From IMG/VR virus record IMGVR_UViG_3300032893_000047, positions 1 to 61,102 of that record: a DNA stretch of 61,102 nt. One strand, given 5' to 3'. Position numbers and translations under genes: made by a program. The notes under the pieces were generated by a model. The model did no database searches. It worked only from the letters and a program-made list of their open reading frames with translations, and was not told where the DNA came from. Below, piece after piece: positions 20,248 to 29,711 of this stretch; positions within the stretch are counted from its first letter, which is position 1; every line of letters starts with the position of its first letter. Source of the stretch: a virus (taxonomy: Duplodnaviria; Caudoviricetes).

Positions 20248-20334
20248 GGGCTATAGATAATAGCATAATGGGAGTTTATTACTTCTTCCATGCCAGACTT
20301 ATCATCTGGTGCTATTATCTGTAGCCTTTTTTTT
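20248..20334 (+). ncRNA. C4/CI-like antisense or attenuator RNA
   Basis: Long closing stem, two internal hairpins whose loops are complementary to upstream leader sites, then a U-tract. Confidence 0.6.
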
Positions 20335-20342
20335 GAGGTAAT

Positions 20343-21026
20343 ATGAATTTTAAGGAATTATTTTATAATTTATTTTTAGAAATTATTATTTTTTTATACG
20401 GCAAGAGTTTTGATAGATTTACTTTTAATTGTGATATAAAAAAAAATATTGATGATTGGTATTATTTTGAATTTATATTTAGGATAAATGGTCTTGAACA
20501 AAAAATATATTCAGAAAAATTCCCGCAAAAGAATAAAGAAGAATATATAAAAAGTATAAATGAATATTTGATACAATTTTATAATAAAATTCAATATATT
20601 TCGAATCCCAATAAACTTTATTTATTTCATAATTGCTATTTCTGTAATAGAATATTTAAATCATCTTCAAAAAAAATAGGTTTAGTTTGTTGCCCTGAAT
20701 GTTGTGAAATTAAAAAGAATCCTCATATTCAACCAGAAATGTATCTTTATATATTCCAATCTATTATTACTGGGTTAATAAAAATTGGCATATCAAAAGA
20801 TTATGAAAAAAGAAAAAAGCAACTTGAAAAATCTCATGGAAGTAGATTAAATATATTGCTTATTATTAAAGGTAATCAGACCATTGAGAAAGAATTACAT
20901 TCATTATTTAAACAATTTAAAACAGAGGGTGAATGGTATTATCCTGATAACGAAATATATTTTTATATTAAAAAGAAAAGAATTGAAAATAATGACATAT
21001 TATTTAAAGAGGAGAGCATAAAATGA
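20343..21026 (+). CDS. T5orf172/GIY-YIG-like domain protein
   Basis: YLYIFQ...IKIGISKDYEKRKKQL...EKELHSLF...GEWY. Confidence 0.8.
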   Translation: MNFKELFYNLFLEIIIFLYGKSFDRFTFNCDIKKNIDDWYYFEFIFRINGLEQKIYSEKFPQKNKEEYIKSINEYLIQFYNKIQYISNPNKLYLFHNCYFCNRIFKSSSKKIGLVCCPECCEIKKNPHIQPEMYLYIFQSIITGLIKIGISKDYEKRKKQLEKSHGSRLNILLIIKGNQTIEKELHSLFKQFKTEGEWYYPDNEIYFYIKKKRIENNDILFKEESIK

Positions 21027-21090
21027 AATATACAATTGAAGGATTAAATCAAGAATATTTATGCGAATTAGGATTTTAGAGGAGATGAAT

Positions 21091-21768
21091 ATGAACGAAA
21101 TAATAATCAATAATGGGATTGAAGATTTAAATATTTTTGAAAAAGATTCCGAGGCTTGGGTTTCAAGCAGAACTATTGCAGACAAATTTGAAAAACGGCA
21201 TAAAGACGTTTTGGAAAAAATAGATCAAATATTGAATGAAGATAATGATGAATTTACTGAGCGGAATTTTCGGCTTAGTAGTTTTAAAGATTCTTCAGGC
21301 AAAAAAAATAAAGAATATTTATTAAATCGGAAATCATTTTCTTTAATTGTGATGAGTTTTACTGGTAAAAAAGCATTGCAGTTTAAAAAACAATATATCA
21401 ATCGTTTTGAAGATATGTATAATTTAATTCAAACCCGATTATTATCAAAAGAAGGTTATCGAATTATGACCGATGCAATCAAATCATATATTGATAATCC
21501 TAAATTTTATGATTATGCACGGGAAGCAGATATGATAAATAAAATAGTATTGGGAATGTCTGCAAAAGAATTCAAGGAATTAAATTTTACTGAAAATGTA
21601 AGGGATAATATTGTCGCTGAAAAATTAAATAATCTTAATAAAGCACAGATATTAAATGCACAATTGATTATAGCGAGATTTTCTTTTTCCGAAAGACAAT
21701 CAGCAATTGAAATGAATTTTAATTCGGTTGAACAATATATGCTACATGAAGAAAATATTATTATTTAA
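21091..21768 (+). CDS. Rha family phage regulatory protein
   Basis: VSSRTIADKFEKRHKDVL...YLLNRKSFSLIVMSFTGKKALQFKKQYI. Confidence 0.9.
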   Translation: MNEIIINNGIEDLNIFEKDSEAWVSSRTIADKFEKRHKDVLEKIDQILNEDNDEFTERNFRLSSFKDSSGKKNKEYLLNRKSFSLIVMSFTGKKALQFKKQYINRFEDMYNLIQTRLLSKEGYRIMTDAIKSYIDNPKFYDYAREADMINKIVLGMSAKEFKELNFTENVRDNIVAEKLNNLNKAQILNAQLIIARFSFSERQSAIEMNFNSVEQYMLHEENIII

Positions 21769-21777
21769 GGATTAAAC

Positions 21778-22602
21778 ATGAATGAATTAGAAATAAAAAC
21801 TGAATTTGAAAACATAGAAGATAAATCGATTAAAATAACAACTATTGAAGAAAAAAAATATGATTTTTCCCTAATATATAATTTTAGTGTAGGATTAGCC
21901 GAAAAATATGGATTAAATGAATCTATTATGTTAAATAATTTAATTTTTTGGACAAAAACAAATCAAGCGAATGAAAAGAATTTTTATGACGGATATTTTT
22001 GGACATTTAATTCAGCAAGGGCATATAAAGAATTATTCCCTTTTTGGACTGAAAGACAAATCCGTTATATTTTAGAATCCTTAGAAAAACAAGGACTTAT
22101 TAAATCAGGAAATTATAATAAATTAAAATACGATCATACTAAATGGTACGCCATTATTGACAAATCGATATTACAGATTTGTAACATCAGAGTAACAGAA
22201 TTGTCAGATCAAAGTGACAAAAATGTTAGACCTATACCAGATATTAATACAGATAAAAAACAAGATAATAAATATGAATCTTTTTCTAATAAGAAATATT
22301 ATTTTAAGAATAAAAATACCTGGAAAGAAGTTGTAATTGAATATGAAAAATTCTATGAGTGTTTTACAAAGAAAAAAATATTATGGTCGCCGATGGAATT
22401 TAAATATCTAAAAGAAATTTGTAATCGTCTTAATAATCATTTTGATAATGCCAATTTGTGTTTTGCCGAAATATTCGGATCATTGGGTTGCGAACAAGAA
22501 TTTTGCGATCATTGGCGATATAAAAAAGGATTACCGGTTCCGAGTTTAATCCAAAAGGATTTAAATGATTTTATAAAGATTGAGGTTAAAAATGAATCTT
22601 GA
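21778..22602 (+). CDS. Phage replication initiator (winged helix)
   Basis: LAEKYGLNESIMLNNLIFW...WTFNS...LFPFWTERQIRYIL...GNYNK..YDHTKWY. Confidence 0.75.
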   Translation: MNELEIKTEFENIEDKSIKITTIEEKKYDFSLIYNFSVGLAEKYGLNESIMLNNLIFWTKTNQANEKNFYDGYFWTFNSARAYKELFPFWTERQIRYILESLEKQGLIKSGNYNKLKYDHTKWYAIIDKSILQICNIRVTELSDQSDKNVRPIPDINTDKKQDNKYESFSNKKYYFKNKNTWKEVVIEYEKFYECFTKKKILWSPMEFKYLKEICNRLNNHFDNANLCFAEIFGSLGCEQEFCDHWRYKKGLPVPSLIQKDLNDFIKIEVKNES

Positions 22603-23323
22603 AGAATTACAAGAATGTTCTATAGGGATTTTTAAAACAAATAAAGAGTATGTTACATCACAAAAAAACAAAATTGAATCATTGTCAAAATTATATCAAA
22701 TAGACGATCTTTATGAGTCAATGATAAATTATCGGGAAGTTAAAAAAAGAGGTATTTTCACTGATTATGTCAAAGAGATAAATAAGTGGATTCAAGGCGT
22801 AAAAAAAATAGAAATATATTCACGATATCAAAACAAAGATATTGAATATATTATCGAGAATCTTCTTGATAGCATGGAATATAATTTTCAAAAAAACGGA
22901 TTAAAAAATAAAAATGAAGTGACAAGATTCAACCGGATAAATTATATTTTTATAGGGAAAGAATATGCTGAAAAACAAAATAGTCAATATAAATCATTGG
23001 TTATAAATGAAAGATCGGAAATAGAAATTGTTTCGCAAGATCAAACATTGTTTATTAATCAAATACAGGAAATTATTGATAAATGGTTTGATCTTGTAGC
23101 ATCGCCAGAATTGAAACAGAAAATAAAAAACATTACAATCCGAGAATATTTAAAAATATTTCTTATAAATTATTTTTGGGATAACCGGACATGGACACGA
23201 TCTATTTTAGAGCCATTAACATATAATTTTGAAAATGATATAATAATAAAAACCGGCAATGACATGGCAATATCAATAAATGAGATAAATAAAGTTATGA
23301 TTAAGTTAAATTTAAAGAAATGA
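22592..23323 (+). CDS. Hypothetical protein coupled to the initiator
   Basis: GAGG RBS; overlaps the initiator stop region. Confidence 0.55.
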   Translation: MNLEELQECSIGIFKTNKEYVTSQKNKIESLSKLYQIDDLYESMINYREVKKRGIFTDYVKEINKWIQGVKKIEIYSRYQNKDIEYIIENLLDSMEYNFQKNGLKNKNEVTRFNRINYIFIGKEYAEKQNSQYKSLVINERSEIEIVSQDQTLFINQIQEIIDKWFDLVASPELKQKIKNITIREYLKIFLINYFWDNRTWTRSILEPLTYNFENDIIIKTGNDMAISINEINKVMIKLNLKK

Positions 23324-23335
23324 GAGGAGAATAAT

Positions 23336-23554
23336 ATGCAAAAAAAAATTTATTGTAAAAAATGTAAATGGTATAACCCTTCTAAAAATATATGGAAAAA
23401 TGGAAAGGATTGTTTTATAACACAAAAAGAAAAAAATTATATTGGCAATAAAATAATTTTACAAATGAGTTGCTATGAAAACAATAAAAATTGTGACTGC
23501 AAATATTATATTTCTGAATGGAATATTTTGGAATATTTTGGAATAAAGTTATGA
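23336..23554 (+). CDS. Small Cys-rich protein, paralogue of 6775..6963
   Basis: AGGAG RBS; shared Cys pattern. Confidence 0.6.
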   Translation: MQKKIYCKKCKWYNPSKNIWKNGKDCFITQKEKNYIGNKIILQMSCYENNKNCDCKYYISEWNILEYFGIKL

Positions 23555-23581
23555 TTAAGTTAAACAGATAAAAGGAATGAT

Positions 23582-25849
23582 ATGAACGAATATGAACAAT
23601 TTTTACTTTTAAAAAATCAAAGAAAAATAACTACTGGAAAAGTTATTGATAAAAAACTTATTAATGAAAAACTTTTTGATTATCAAAAAGATTGTGTAAT
23701 ATGGGCTTGTAAAAAGGGGAAATGCGCAATATTTCTTGATACTGGTCTTGGGAAAACATTTATATTATTGGAATATGCTCGATTGATGAATGAAAGGACA
23801 TTGATAATATCTCCATTATCAGTTGCCCGACAAACAGTTAATGAGGCTAAAAAAATAAATATTGATTTGAAATATATTCGTAAAGGCGAAATAGAAAACA
23901 AGAAAATATATATAACAAATTATGAGATGATCGAACATTTTGATTTTAGAAGTTTTGATACAATTATTCTTGATGAATCAAGCATAATAAAATCTATTGG
24001 TGGAATATACAAAAAAAAGATCATTGAAAAATGTAAAGACATAAAATATAAAATGGCTTGTACGGCGACGCCTGCTCCAAATGATAATGTTGAAATAGGC
24101 AATCATGCGGAATTTTTAGATATATGTACTTATCAAGAAATGCTAAGTCAGTTTTTTATAAATGCAAATAAAGAACATACTCATGAAATAAATGGAGATT
24201 TATATTTTACAAAAGGCAGTAATAAATCAGGTCAAGAATGGCGGTTGAAACATCATGCCGAAAACAAGTTTTATGAATGGTTATCTTCATGGGCTATTTG
24301 TTTTACCGAACCACAAGAATTAAATTATAAATATGATTATCGATTGCCAAAACTAAACATCATTAAACATGTTATTGATATAGATTATAATGGAGATTCA
24401 GGGACATTATTTTTTGATGGATTAAAAGGAATCGAAGACAGGATAATTTATAAACGAAAAAATATAAAAGAAAAAATAGATAAATTAAAACAAATAATAA
24501 TTCCAAATGAACAATATATAATATGGTGTACTTTACAAGATGAATCTAAAGAGATTAAAAAAAATATTGATTGTATAGAAATTAAAGGCGATGATAATCC
24601 AGATTATAAAGCACAGATGCTTGAAGATTTTCAGGATAAAAAATACAATATATTATTAACCAAAGGGAAAATTGCAGGATTTGGGATCAATATGCAGCAA
24701 TCGAATAATATGATATTTTTCGGATTAAATGATTCATGGGAATTGTTCTATCAATGTATTCGCAGGCAGTGGCGATTTGGACAATTTAAAGATGTTAACG
24801 TCCATATTATTTTAACTAATTTTGAGATAGAGATTTTAGAAAATATTATGAGAAAAGATTTACAGGCGAAAAGACTTAAAAAAGGTCTTATTGCACATAT
24901 AAAACGATATGAAGAAGGAGAATTAAAGATGAAGGAAATTAATTATGACGAAAATTATAAAAGTGAAAAGATTGAAGGAAATAATTTCATAGCAATTCAT
25001 GGAGATTCATGTGTTGAATTGAAACAGATACAAGACGATTCTATTGATTTGACAATTTATAGTCCACCTTTTGTTGATCTTTTTGTTTATTCTGATTCTA
25101 ATCGGGATTTAGGAAATTGTTTGAATGCTGATATTTTTTTCAAACAATATACATTTATCGTTAAAGAATTATTGAGAATAACAAAAAATGGAAGGTTGTC
25201 ATGCGTGCATTGTATGGACATTCCTGCAATGCTCCAAAAAGATGGATATATTGGATTGAAAGACTTCCCCGGTGATTTAATAAGATTGCATATCGAAGCA
25301 GGATGGAATTTTTATGGACGATGTTTTATTCAAAAAAATCCACAAGCGCAATCAATAAGGATTCATTCAAAAGCATTGTCTTTTAAACAATTGCATAAAG
25401 ATTCTGCAGATTTAAGACCTGCTTTAATTGACCAAATACTTATATTTAAAAAAGACGGCGAGAATCAAACTCCGGTTAATGCAGTTAAAAATGGTGACCT
25501 TGATAATGAAAAATGGATTGAATGGGCGAATGGCATATGGACAGATATTAACGAAACGAATACATTGCAATATTATTCCGCAAGAGATACAAACGATGAA
25601 AAACATATATGCCCATTACAACTTGAAACAATTGAACGATGTATTAAGTTATATAGCAATCCAGAAGAAACAATATTAACACCATTTATGGGTATTGGCA
25701 GCGAAGTATTTCAAGCATTAACATATAATAGAAAAGGTATAGGTATAGAACTTAAGGAATCTTATTTTAATACGGCGGTTAAAAACTTGAAAAGTTTAGA
25801 AGATAAAATTCGTGAGGACAATAAAGATTTATTTAAAGAGGTGATATAA
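23582..25849 (+). CDS. SNF2-type helicase fused to an amino (N4C/N6A) DNA methyltransferase
   Basis: DTGLGKT, DESS, TATP, Q..RR.WRFGQ; then SPPF and TPFMGIGS...GIELK. Confidence 0.9.
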   Translation: MNEYEQFLLLKNQRKITTGKVIDKKLINEKLFDYQKDCVIWACKKGKCAIFLDTGLGKTFILLEYARLMNERTLIISPLSVARQTVNEAKKINIDLKYIRKGEIENKKIYITNYEMIEHFDFRSFDTIILDESSIIKSIGGIYKKKIIEKCKDIKYKMACTATPAPNDNVEIGNHAEFLDICTYQEMLSQFFINANKEHTHEINGDLYFTKGSNKSGQEWRLKHHAENKFYEWLSSWAICFTEPQELNYKYDYRLPKLNIIKHVIDIDYNGDSGTLFFDGLKGIEDRIIYKRKNIKEKIDKLKQIIIPNEQYIIWCTLQDESKEIKKNIDCIEIKGDDNPDYKAQMLEDFQDKKYNILLTKGKIAGFGINMQQSNNMIFFGLNDSWELFYQCIRRQWRFGQFKDVNVHIILTNFEIEILENIMRKDLQAKRLKKGLIAHIKRYEEGELKMKEINYDENYKSEKIEGNNFIAIHGDSCVELKQIQDDSIDLTIYSPPFVDLFVYSDSNRDLGNCLNADIFFKQYTFIVKELLRITKNGRLSCVHCMDIPAMLQKDGYIGLKDFPGDLIRLHIEAGWNFYGRCFIQKNPQAQSIRIHSKALSFKQLHKDSADLRPALIDQILIFKKDGENQTPVNAVKNGDLDNEKWIEWANGIWTDINETNTLQYYSARDTNDEKHICPLQLETIERCIKLYSNPEETILTPFMGIGSEVFQALTYNRKGIGIELKESYFNTAVKNLKSLEDKIREDNKDLFKEVI

Positions 25850-26032
25850 TGAAAAAGATTAAAAAAGAAAAGTATCTTGATAAAAAGTTTATTCGTAACG
25901 GGAACATATACAAGGTGTTTGACGTTGACTTAGCAACTGAAACGTTGTCATTCAGAAACCTTGAAAAGCCGGAGCTGGTGACAAGAGAGACCATAAAAAA
26001 GTTTGATGATAACTATACGGAGGTGAAATAAA

Positions 26033-26410
26033 ATGGCTTGTAAATTATGTGAAGAATTTAGAAAAAAGTATCCATTAAAAAATAATCAGCATGAAGTTTC
26101 AAAGAATATATTTTATGCGCCAATAAAATGTGCATTCGAAAATAATAATTTTTCAGTAGAGAACTGGAATTGTCAAACAATGGCATTTCTAAGGGATCAC
26201 CTTGACTTTGAAAAAAGATATAATGATGAATCTATCGGAATAATATGTATTCCTGAAAATGAAGAATTTAGCGGATTTCTTGTAATGACATGGTATAAGA
26301 ATCGAGGAACAACAGGATCCGCTTATATAATGTGTGGAGGCAATGAACCAGAAGAATTGATTTTAGAAAAAGCGGAAAAGATAATTGAATTATTGGAGGT
26401 GAAGATATGA
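26033..26410 (+). CDS. Hypothetical protein
   Basis: GGAGG RBS; CAF...NWNCQTM...WYKNRG. Confidence 0.6.
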   Translation: MACKLCEEFRKKYPLKNNQHEVSKNIFYAPIKCAFENNNFSVENWNCQTMAFLRDHLDFEKRYNDESIGIICIPENEEFSGFLVMTWYKNRGTTGSAYIMCGGNEPEELILEKAEKIIELLEVKI

Positions 26411-26883
26411 AAAGATATAAATTATTAAAGGACTTAGTAAATATAAAAGCAGGAACTATTATTGAATTAAATGATAATGATGATTCTATATGGCGACCAA
26501 ACGAACATATTAGCCTTTCAATTGACTCTTTTAAAATTAATGAGAGTTGGTTTGAAGAAATCGAATATGATATCGAAAAAGAATATGATGAAGCTATTAA
26601 ACAATGGGAAGAAGATAATGTAAAAAGTAGTGATGCACCTGATCAATGGTACTTAAGACAAGTTGATATAATTAGATTAGGAAATAAAGTAATTGAAAAA
26701 TTGAGAGATGAAAAATATAAATTAGAAAAATTTGAAAAATATATAGGCGAGTCGGCGATGGATTTGATAAGAATTATTCAAATGAATGATAAAGTATCTC
26801 AATATTTTGGATTGAAACTAGGAGATGATATTTTACAAGGAATTGTTAAATGGATAAGAACATTGATTGAAAATAAAAACTAA
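26407..26883 (+). CDS. Hypothetical protein
   Basis: MKRYKLLKDL..IKAGTI; GGAGG RBS. Confidence 0.6.
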   Translation: MKRYKLLKDLVNIKAGTIIELNDNDDSIWRPNEHISLSIDSFKINESWFEEIEYDIEKEYDEAIKQWEEDNVKSSDAPDQWYLRQVDIIRLGNKVIEKLRDEKYKLEKFEKYIGESAMDLIRIIQMNDKVSQYFGLKLGDDILQGIVKWIRTLIENKN

Positions 26884-26925
26884 ACCGATTTGTTGTGCAA
26901 ATTAAAAAAAATATTAAAATAAATG

Positions 26926-26953
26926 TTGACAAATAAAATAATTATGATATATT
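26926..26953 (+). promoter_or_regulatory. Promoter of the RHH / Y-RNA / Ro60 operon
   Basis: TTGACA-16-TATATT with extended TGn. Confidence 0.75.
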
Positions 26954-26971
26954 TGTAATTAGGAATAAGTA

Positions 26972-27097
26972 ATGATTGGACAGATAAAAGTAGATCGAGA
27001 AATTATTAAGCAATTGAAGATATTAGCAATAAAATCAAATAAAAAATTGCAAGAATTTGTTGATGATATTTTTAAAGATTATTTAAAGAAAAAATAA
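26972..27097 (+). CDS. Small ribbon-helix-helix regulator (41 aa)
   Basis: MIGQIKVDREIIKQLKILAIKSNKKLQEFVDDIFKDYLKKK; AGGA RBS. Confidence 0.7.
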   Translation: MIGQIKVDREIIKQLKILAIKSNKKLQEFVDDIFKDYLKKK

Positions 27098-27160
27098 GCG
27101 GTAGTGAGAAAATCGTTACTTCAATTGGTGAAATAACACGATTTTTATTTTTATCCGCTT
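27096..27160 (+). ncRNA. Y-RNA-like element 1 (short)
   Basis: AAGCGG/CCGCTT and AAAATCGT/ACGATTTT stems; GTAGTGA and GTTACTTC motifs shared with neighbouring elements. Confidence 0.6.
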
Positions 27161-27173
27161 TATTATATTTGAA

Positions 27174-27309
27174 AAAAACAAGTAGTGAAATATGGGTTAC
27201 TTCGAATGTTAATCGAGAGGTCGGAGGTTCGAATCCTCCATTTTCCGGAAGGGGAATTAGCTTAATTGGTAGAGCGCTAAATTTCTCATATTGATTATCT
27301 CTTGTTTTT
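27174..27309 (+). ncRNA. YrlA-type Y RNA containing a circularly permuted tRNA-Asn(GUU)-like domain
   Basis: Anticodon arm 27201-27217, T arm GGAGG-TTCGAAT-CCTCC, acceptor helix closed by a GGAA loop, D arm GCTT-AATTGGTA-GAGC, all inside a long terminal stem; just upstream of Ro60. Confidence 0.85.
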
Positions 27310-27323
27310 ATATATTTGAAAAT

Positions 27324-27404
27324 AAAACATGAACTGATTTAAGAGTTACTTCATAAAACTTAAAATTTAATTAGAACAATCTCTTAAAGATTTTGTCATG
27401 TTTT
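27324..27404 (+). ncRNA. Y-RNA-like element 3
   Basis: AAAACATGA/TCATGTTTT and TTTAAGAG/CTCTTAAA stems; GTTACTTC motif. Confidence 0.6.
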
Positions 27405-27423
27405 TTTATTTTAGGAGGAAAGA

Positions 27424-28839
27424 ATGAGCCGTTTTAATTTATCTGTAGACAACAGGATTGAAAATCTGGCTGGAGGAAAAGCATATAAAGAATCTCCAGA
27501 AATGCAATTGATTTCATTAGTTTTAACATCATTTGTTAATGAACAATTTTATCGGTCAAGCAATGAAACAATTCAAAATCTGGAAGAACTTTTTAATCAG
27601 GTCAAAGATAAAAAGTTTATTGCCAAACTCGGAATATTTGCCAGAATAAAATATGGCATGAGATCAATAACTCATATTTTGTCTGCCTTGATTGCGAAAA
27701 ACATCAAAGGCGAATTATGGACGAAAAATTACTTTTCAAAGGTCGTTCATAGAGTTGATGATATTACCGAAATACTTTCGTATTATATTCAAAATTATAA
27801 AAAGCCTATTCCAAATAGTCTTAAGCGTGGACTTGCAAAAGCATTTGAAAAGTTCGATCAATATCAACTTGCTAAATATCGGTCTGAAAAAAAAGGATTA
27901 AAGTTAATAGATGTTGTTAATTTAATACATCCGAGACCAAACGAAAAGAACAAAGAAGCATTAAAATTGCTTGTTGAAAACAAATTAACTTCATCAGAAA
28001 CATGGGAATCTGAACTGACAAAAGCAGGTCAGAAAGCAACCAACGATGAAGAAAAAGAAGAATTTAAAAAAGATGTCTGGATAAAACTTATTTCTGAAAA
28101 GAAGATAGGTTATTTCGCACTTTTAAGAAATCTTCGGAATATTTTTGAACAGGCTCCTGAAATAATGGACAAAGCACTTGAAATGCTTATTGATGAAAAT
28201 CTAATTAAAAAATCATTGGTATTGCCTTTCAGGTTTACGACAGCATATCAGGAATTACAGCAAACAAATTCAAAAGTATTAAAATATGTAAATAAGGCTT
28301 GCGATATTTCATTGAGCAATATCCCTAAATTTGATGGCAATACTTTAGTTGTTTTGGATGTTTCAGGATCAATGCAAGGTAAACCGGCTGAAATAGGCAG
28401 TTTATTTTCGGTGGCGTTAGTGAAATCCAACGATGCTGATTTAATTATATTTTCTGACAACGCTCAATATCAAGTATTAAATACAGATGATAGTCTGATT
28501 ACTATTGCCAATTCAATCCGTTTTGCGAGCGGCGGAACTAATTTCCATTCAATCTTTCAGGAAGCAAGAAAGGCTTATGATCGAATTATCATTTTATCGG
28601 ATATGCAGGGATGGATCGGACATGGCACACCAGTAAGAGATTTTAATATCTATAAGCAAAAATTTAATTGCAATCCTTTTATTTATTCATTCGACCTTCA
28701 AGGATATGGAAGTTTACAATTTCCTGAAAATAATGTTTTTTTACTTACCGGTTTCAGCGAGAAAATTTTTGATTTAATGAAAATTCTCGAAACTGATAAA
28801 AATGCCTTAATAAATGAAATTGATAAAATAGACATTTGA
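27424..28839 (+). CDS. rsr: Ro60/Rsr RNA-binding protein (TROVE + vWA)
   Basis: NLAGGKAY, FDQYQLAKY, VNLIHPRP, TWESELT, ALLRNLRN, VLPFRF, vWA DVSGSM, GGT, IILSDMQ. Confidence 0.95.
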   Translation: MSRFNLSVDNRIENLAGGKAYKESPEMQLISLVLTSFVNEQFYRSSNETIQNLEELFNQVKDKKFIAKLGIFARIKYGMRSITHILSALIAKNIKGELWTKNYFSKVVHRVDDITEILSYYIQNYKKPIPNSLKRGLAKAFEKFDQYQLAKYRSEKKGLKLIDVVNLIHPRPNEKNKEALKLLVENKLTSSETWESELTKAGQKATNDEEKEEFKKDVWIKLISEKKIGYFALLRNLRNIFEQAPEIMDKALEMLIDENLIKKSLVLPFRFTTAYQELQQTNSKVLKYVNKACDISLSNIPKFDGNTLVVLDVSGSMQGKPAEIGSLFSVALVKSNDADLIIFSDNAQYQVLNTDDSLITIANSIRFASGGTNFHSIFQEARKAYDRIIILSDMQGWIGHGTPVRDFNIYKQKFNCNPFIYSFDLQGYGSLQFPENNVFLLTGFSEKIFDLMKILETDKNALINEIDKIDI

Positions 28840-29218
28840 CAAAATGTTAAATGAGGATTATTGATAAAAAAATTATGTGCTGAAAATGATAACAATAACA
28901 CATGAAGATTATGAAAAATCTCAACAAAAAATATTCTATAGATGAAATTCAACTTGAAAGAAAATTTGAAAAATAAATAAGGACACAATTATGTATTTGA
29001 TCCATACCGATTACTCATTGAAGCCAATTTTTAATGTTTTGCTTTTCCTTGAATGGAAAAATCCTTATTGCAAACCGGCTGAACTTATTATTGAGTCTGG
29101 AGAACCTTGCCTTTCACACGGCAAAGCATATGCACATTTTGTTAAAAATATTTGGATTAAAAAATCATTTATGCAAACAAAAATATTTAAATTTATATCG
29201 AAATTCATTGGGGGACAA

Positions 29219-29530
29219 ATGACCTATTACCAGAGACGAGAATATGAGAAACGCTATGAGATTGAAAAATATAGATGTGCAAAAACCGGCAAGAGGGCGA
29301 CACAAATCGCTCACAGGATCTCAAACAGTAAGGTAAATCGAAAATTATACGGCAATAAAATCGATCATAATTTCAATTTAGTCCCGGTATGCGATCTTGA
29401 ATCAAATGATAGTTTCAACATAGGCGGAAATCCCGGAAAAGTTACAAATCTTATTTATTTAATAGAGAATTGTCAGGATGAAGATTTGACCTGTGATTAT
29501 ATAACCAAATTTATCGAAGATGAAAAATGA
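29219..29530 (+). CDS. HNH-like small protein
   Basis: CAKTG..ATQIAHRI...NLVPVC..SN; GGGGA RBS (the ORF track starts at 28991). Confidence 0.5.
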   Translation: MTYYQRREYEKRYEIEKYRCAKTGKRATQIAHRISNSKVNRKLYGNKIDHNFNLVPVCDLESNDSFNIGGNPGKVTNLIYLIENCQDEDLTCDYITKFIEDEK

Positions 29531-29711
29531 TTGATAAAGAAAGACTTGACCTCGAAACACAAAGCATTATTCAAGAAAGTCTTGAAGAATATAGAAATAA
29601 TTTAGTCAAAAAATTAAATGACTATGAAATAAAAGTTAATGATATTATTATTGAAATAAGATATGCTATAATATATGACGAGGAGTTTAGGTTGAAAATC
29701 GAGGTTAAGAA

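Noticed and set aside
27201-27276. Ordinary tRNA-Asn gene
   Set aside because: The halves are in permuted order, the acceptor end is closed by a tetraloop, and there is no CCA
27096-27404. CRISPR mini-array
   Set aside because: Only short motifs are shared; the units are self-complementary stems of unequal length, and there is no cas operon
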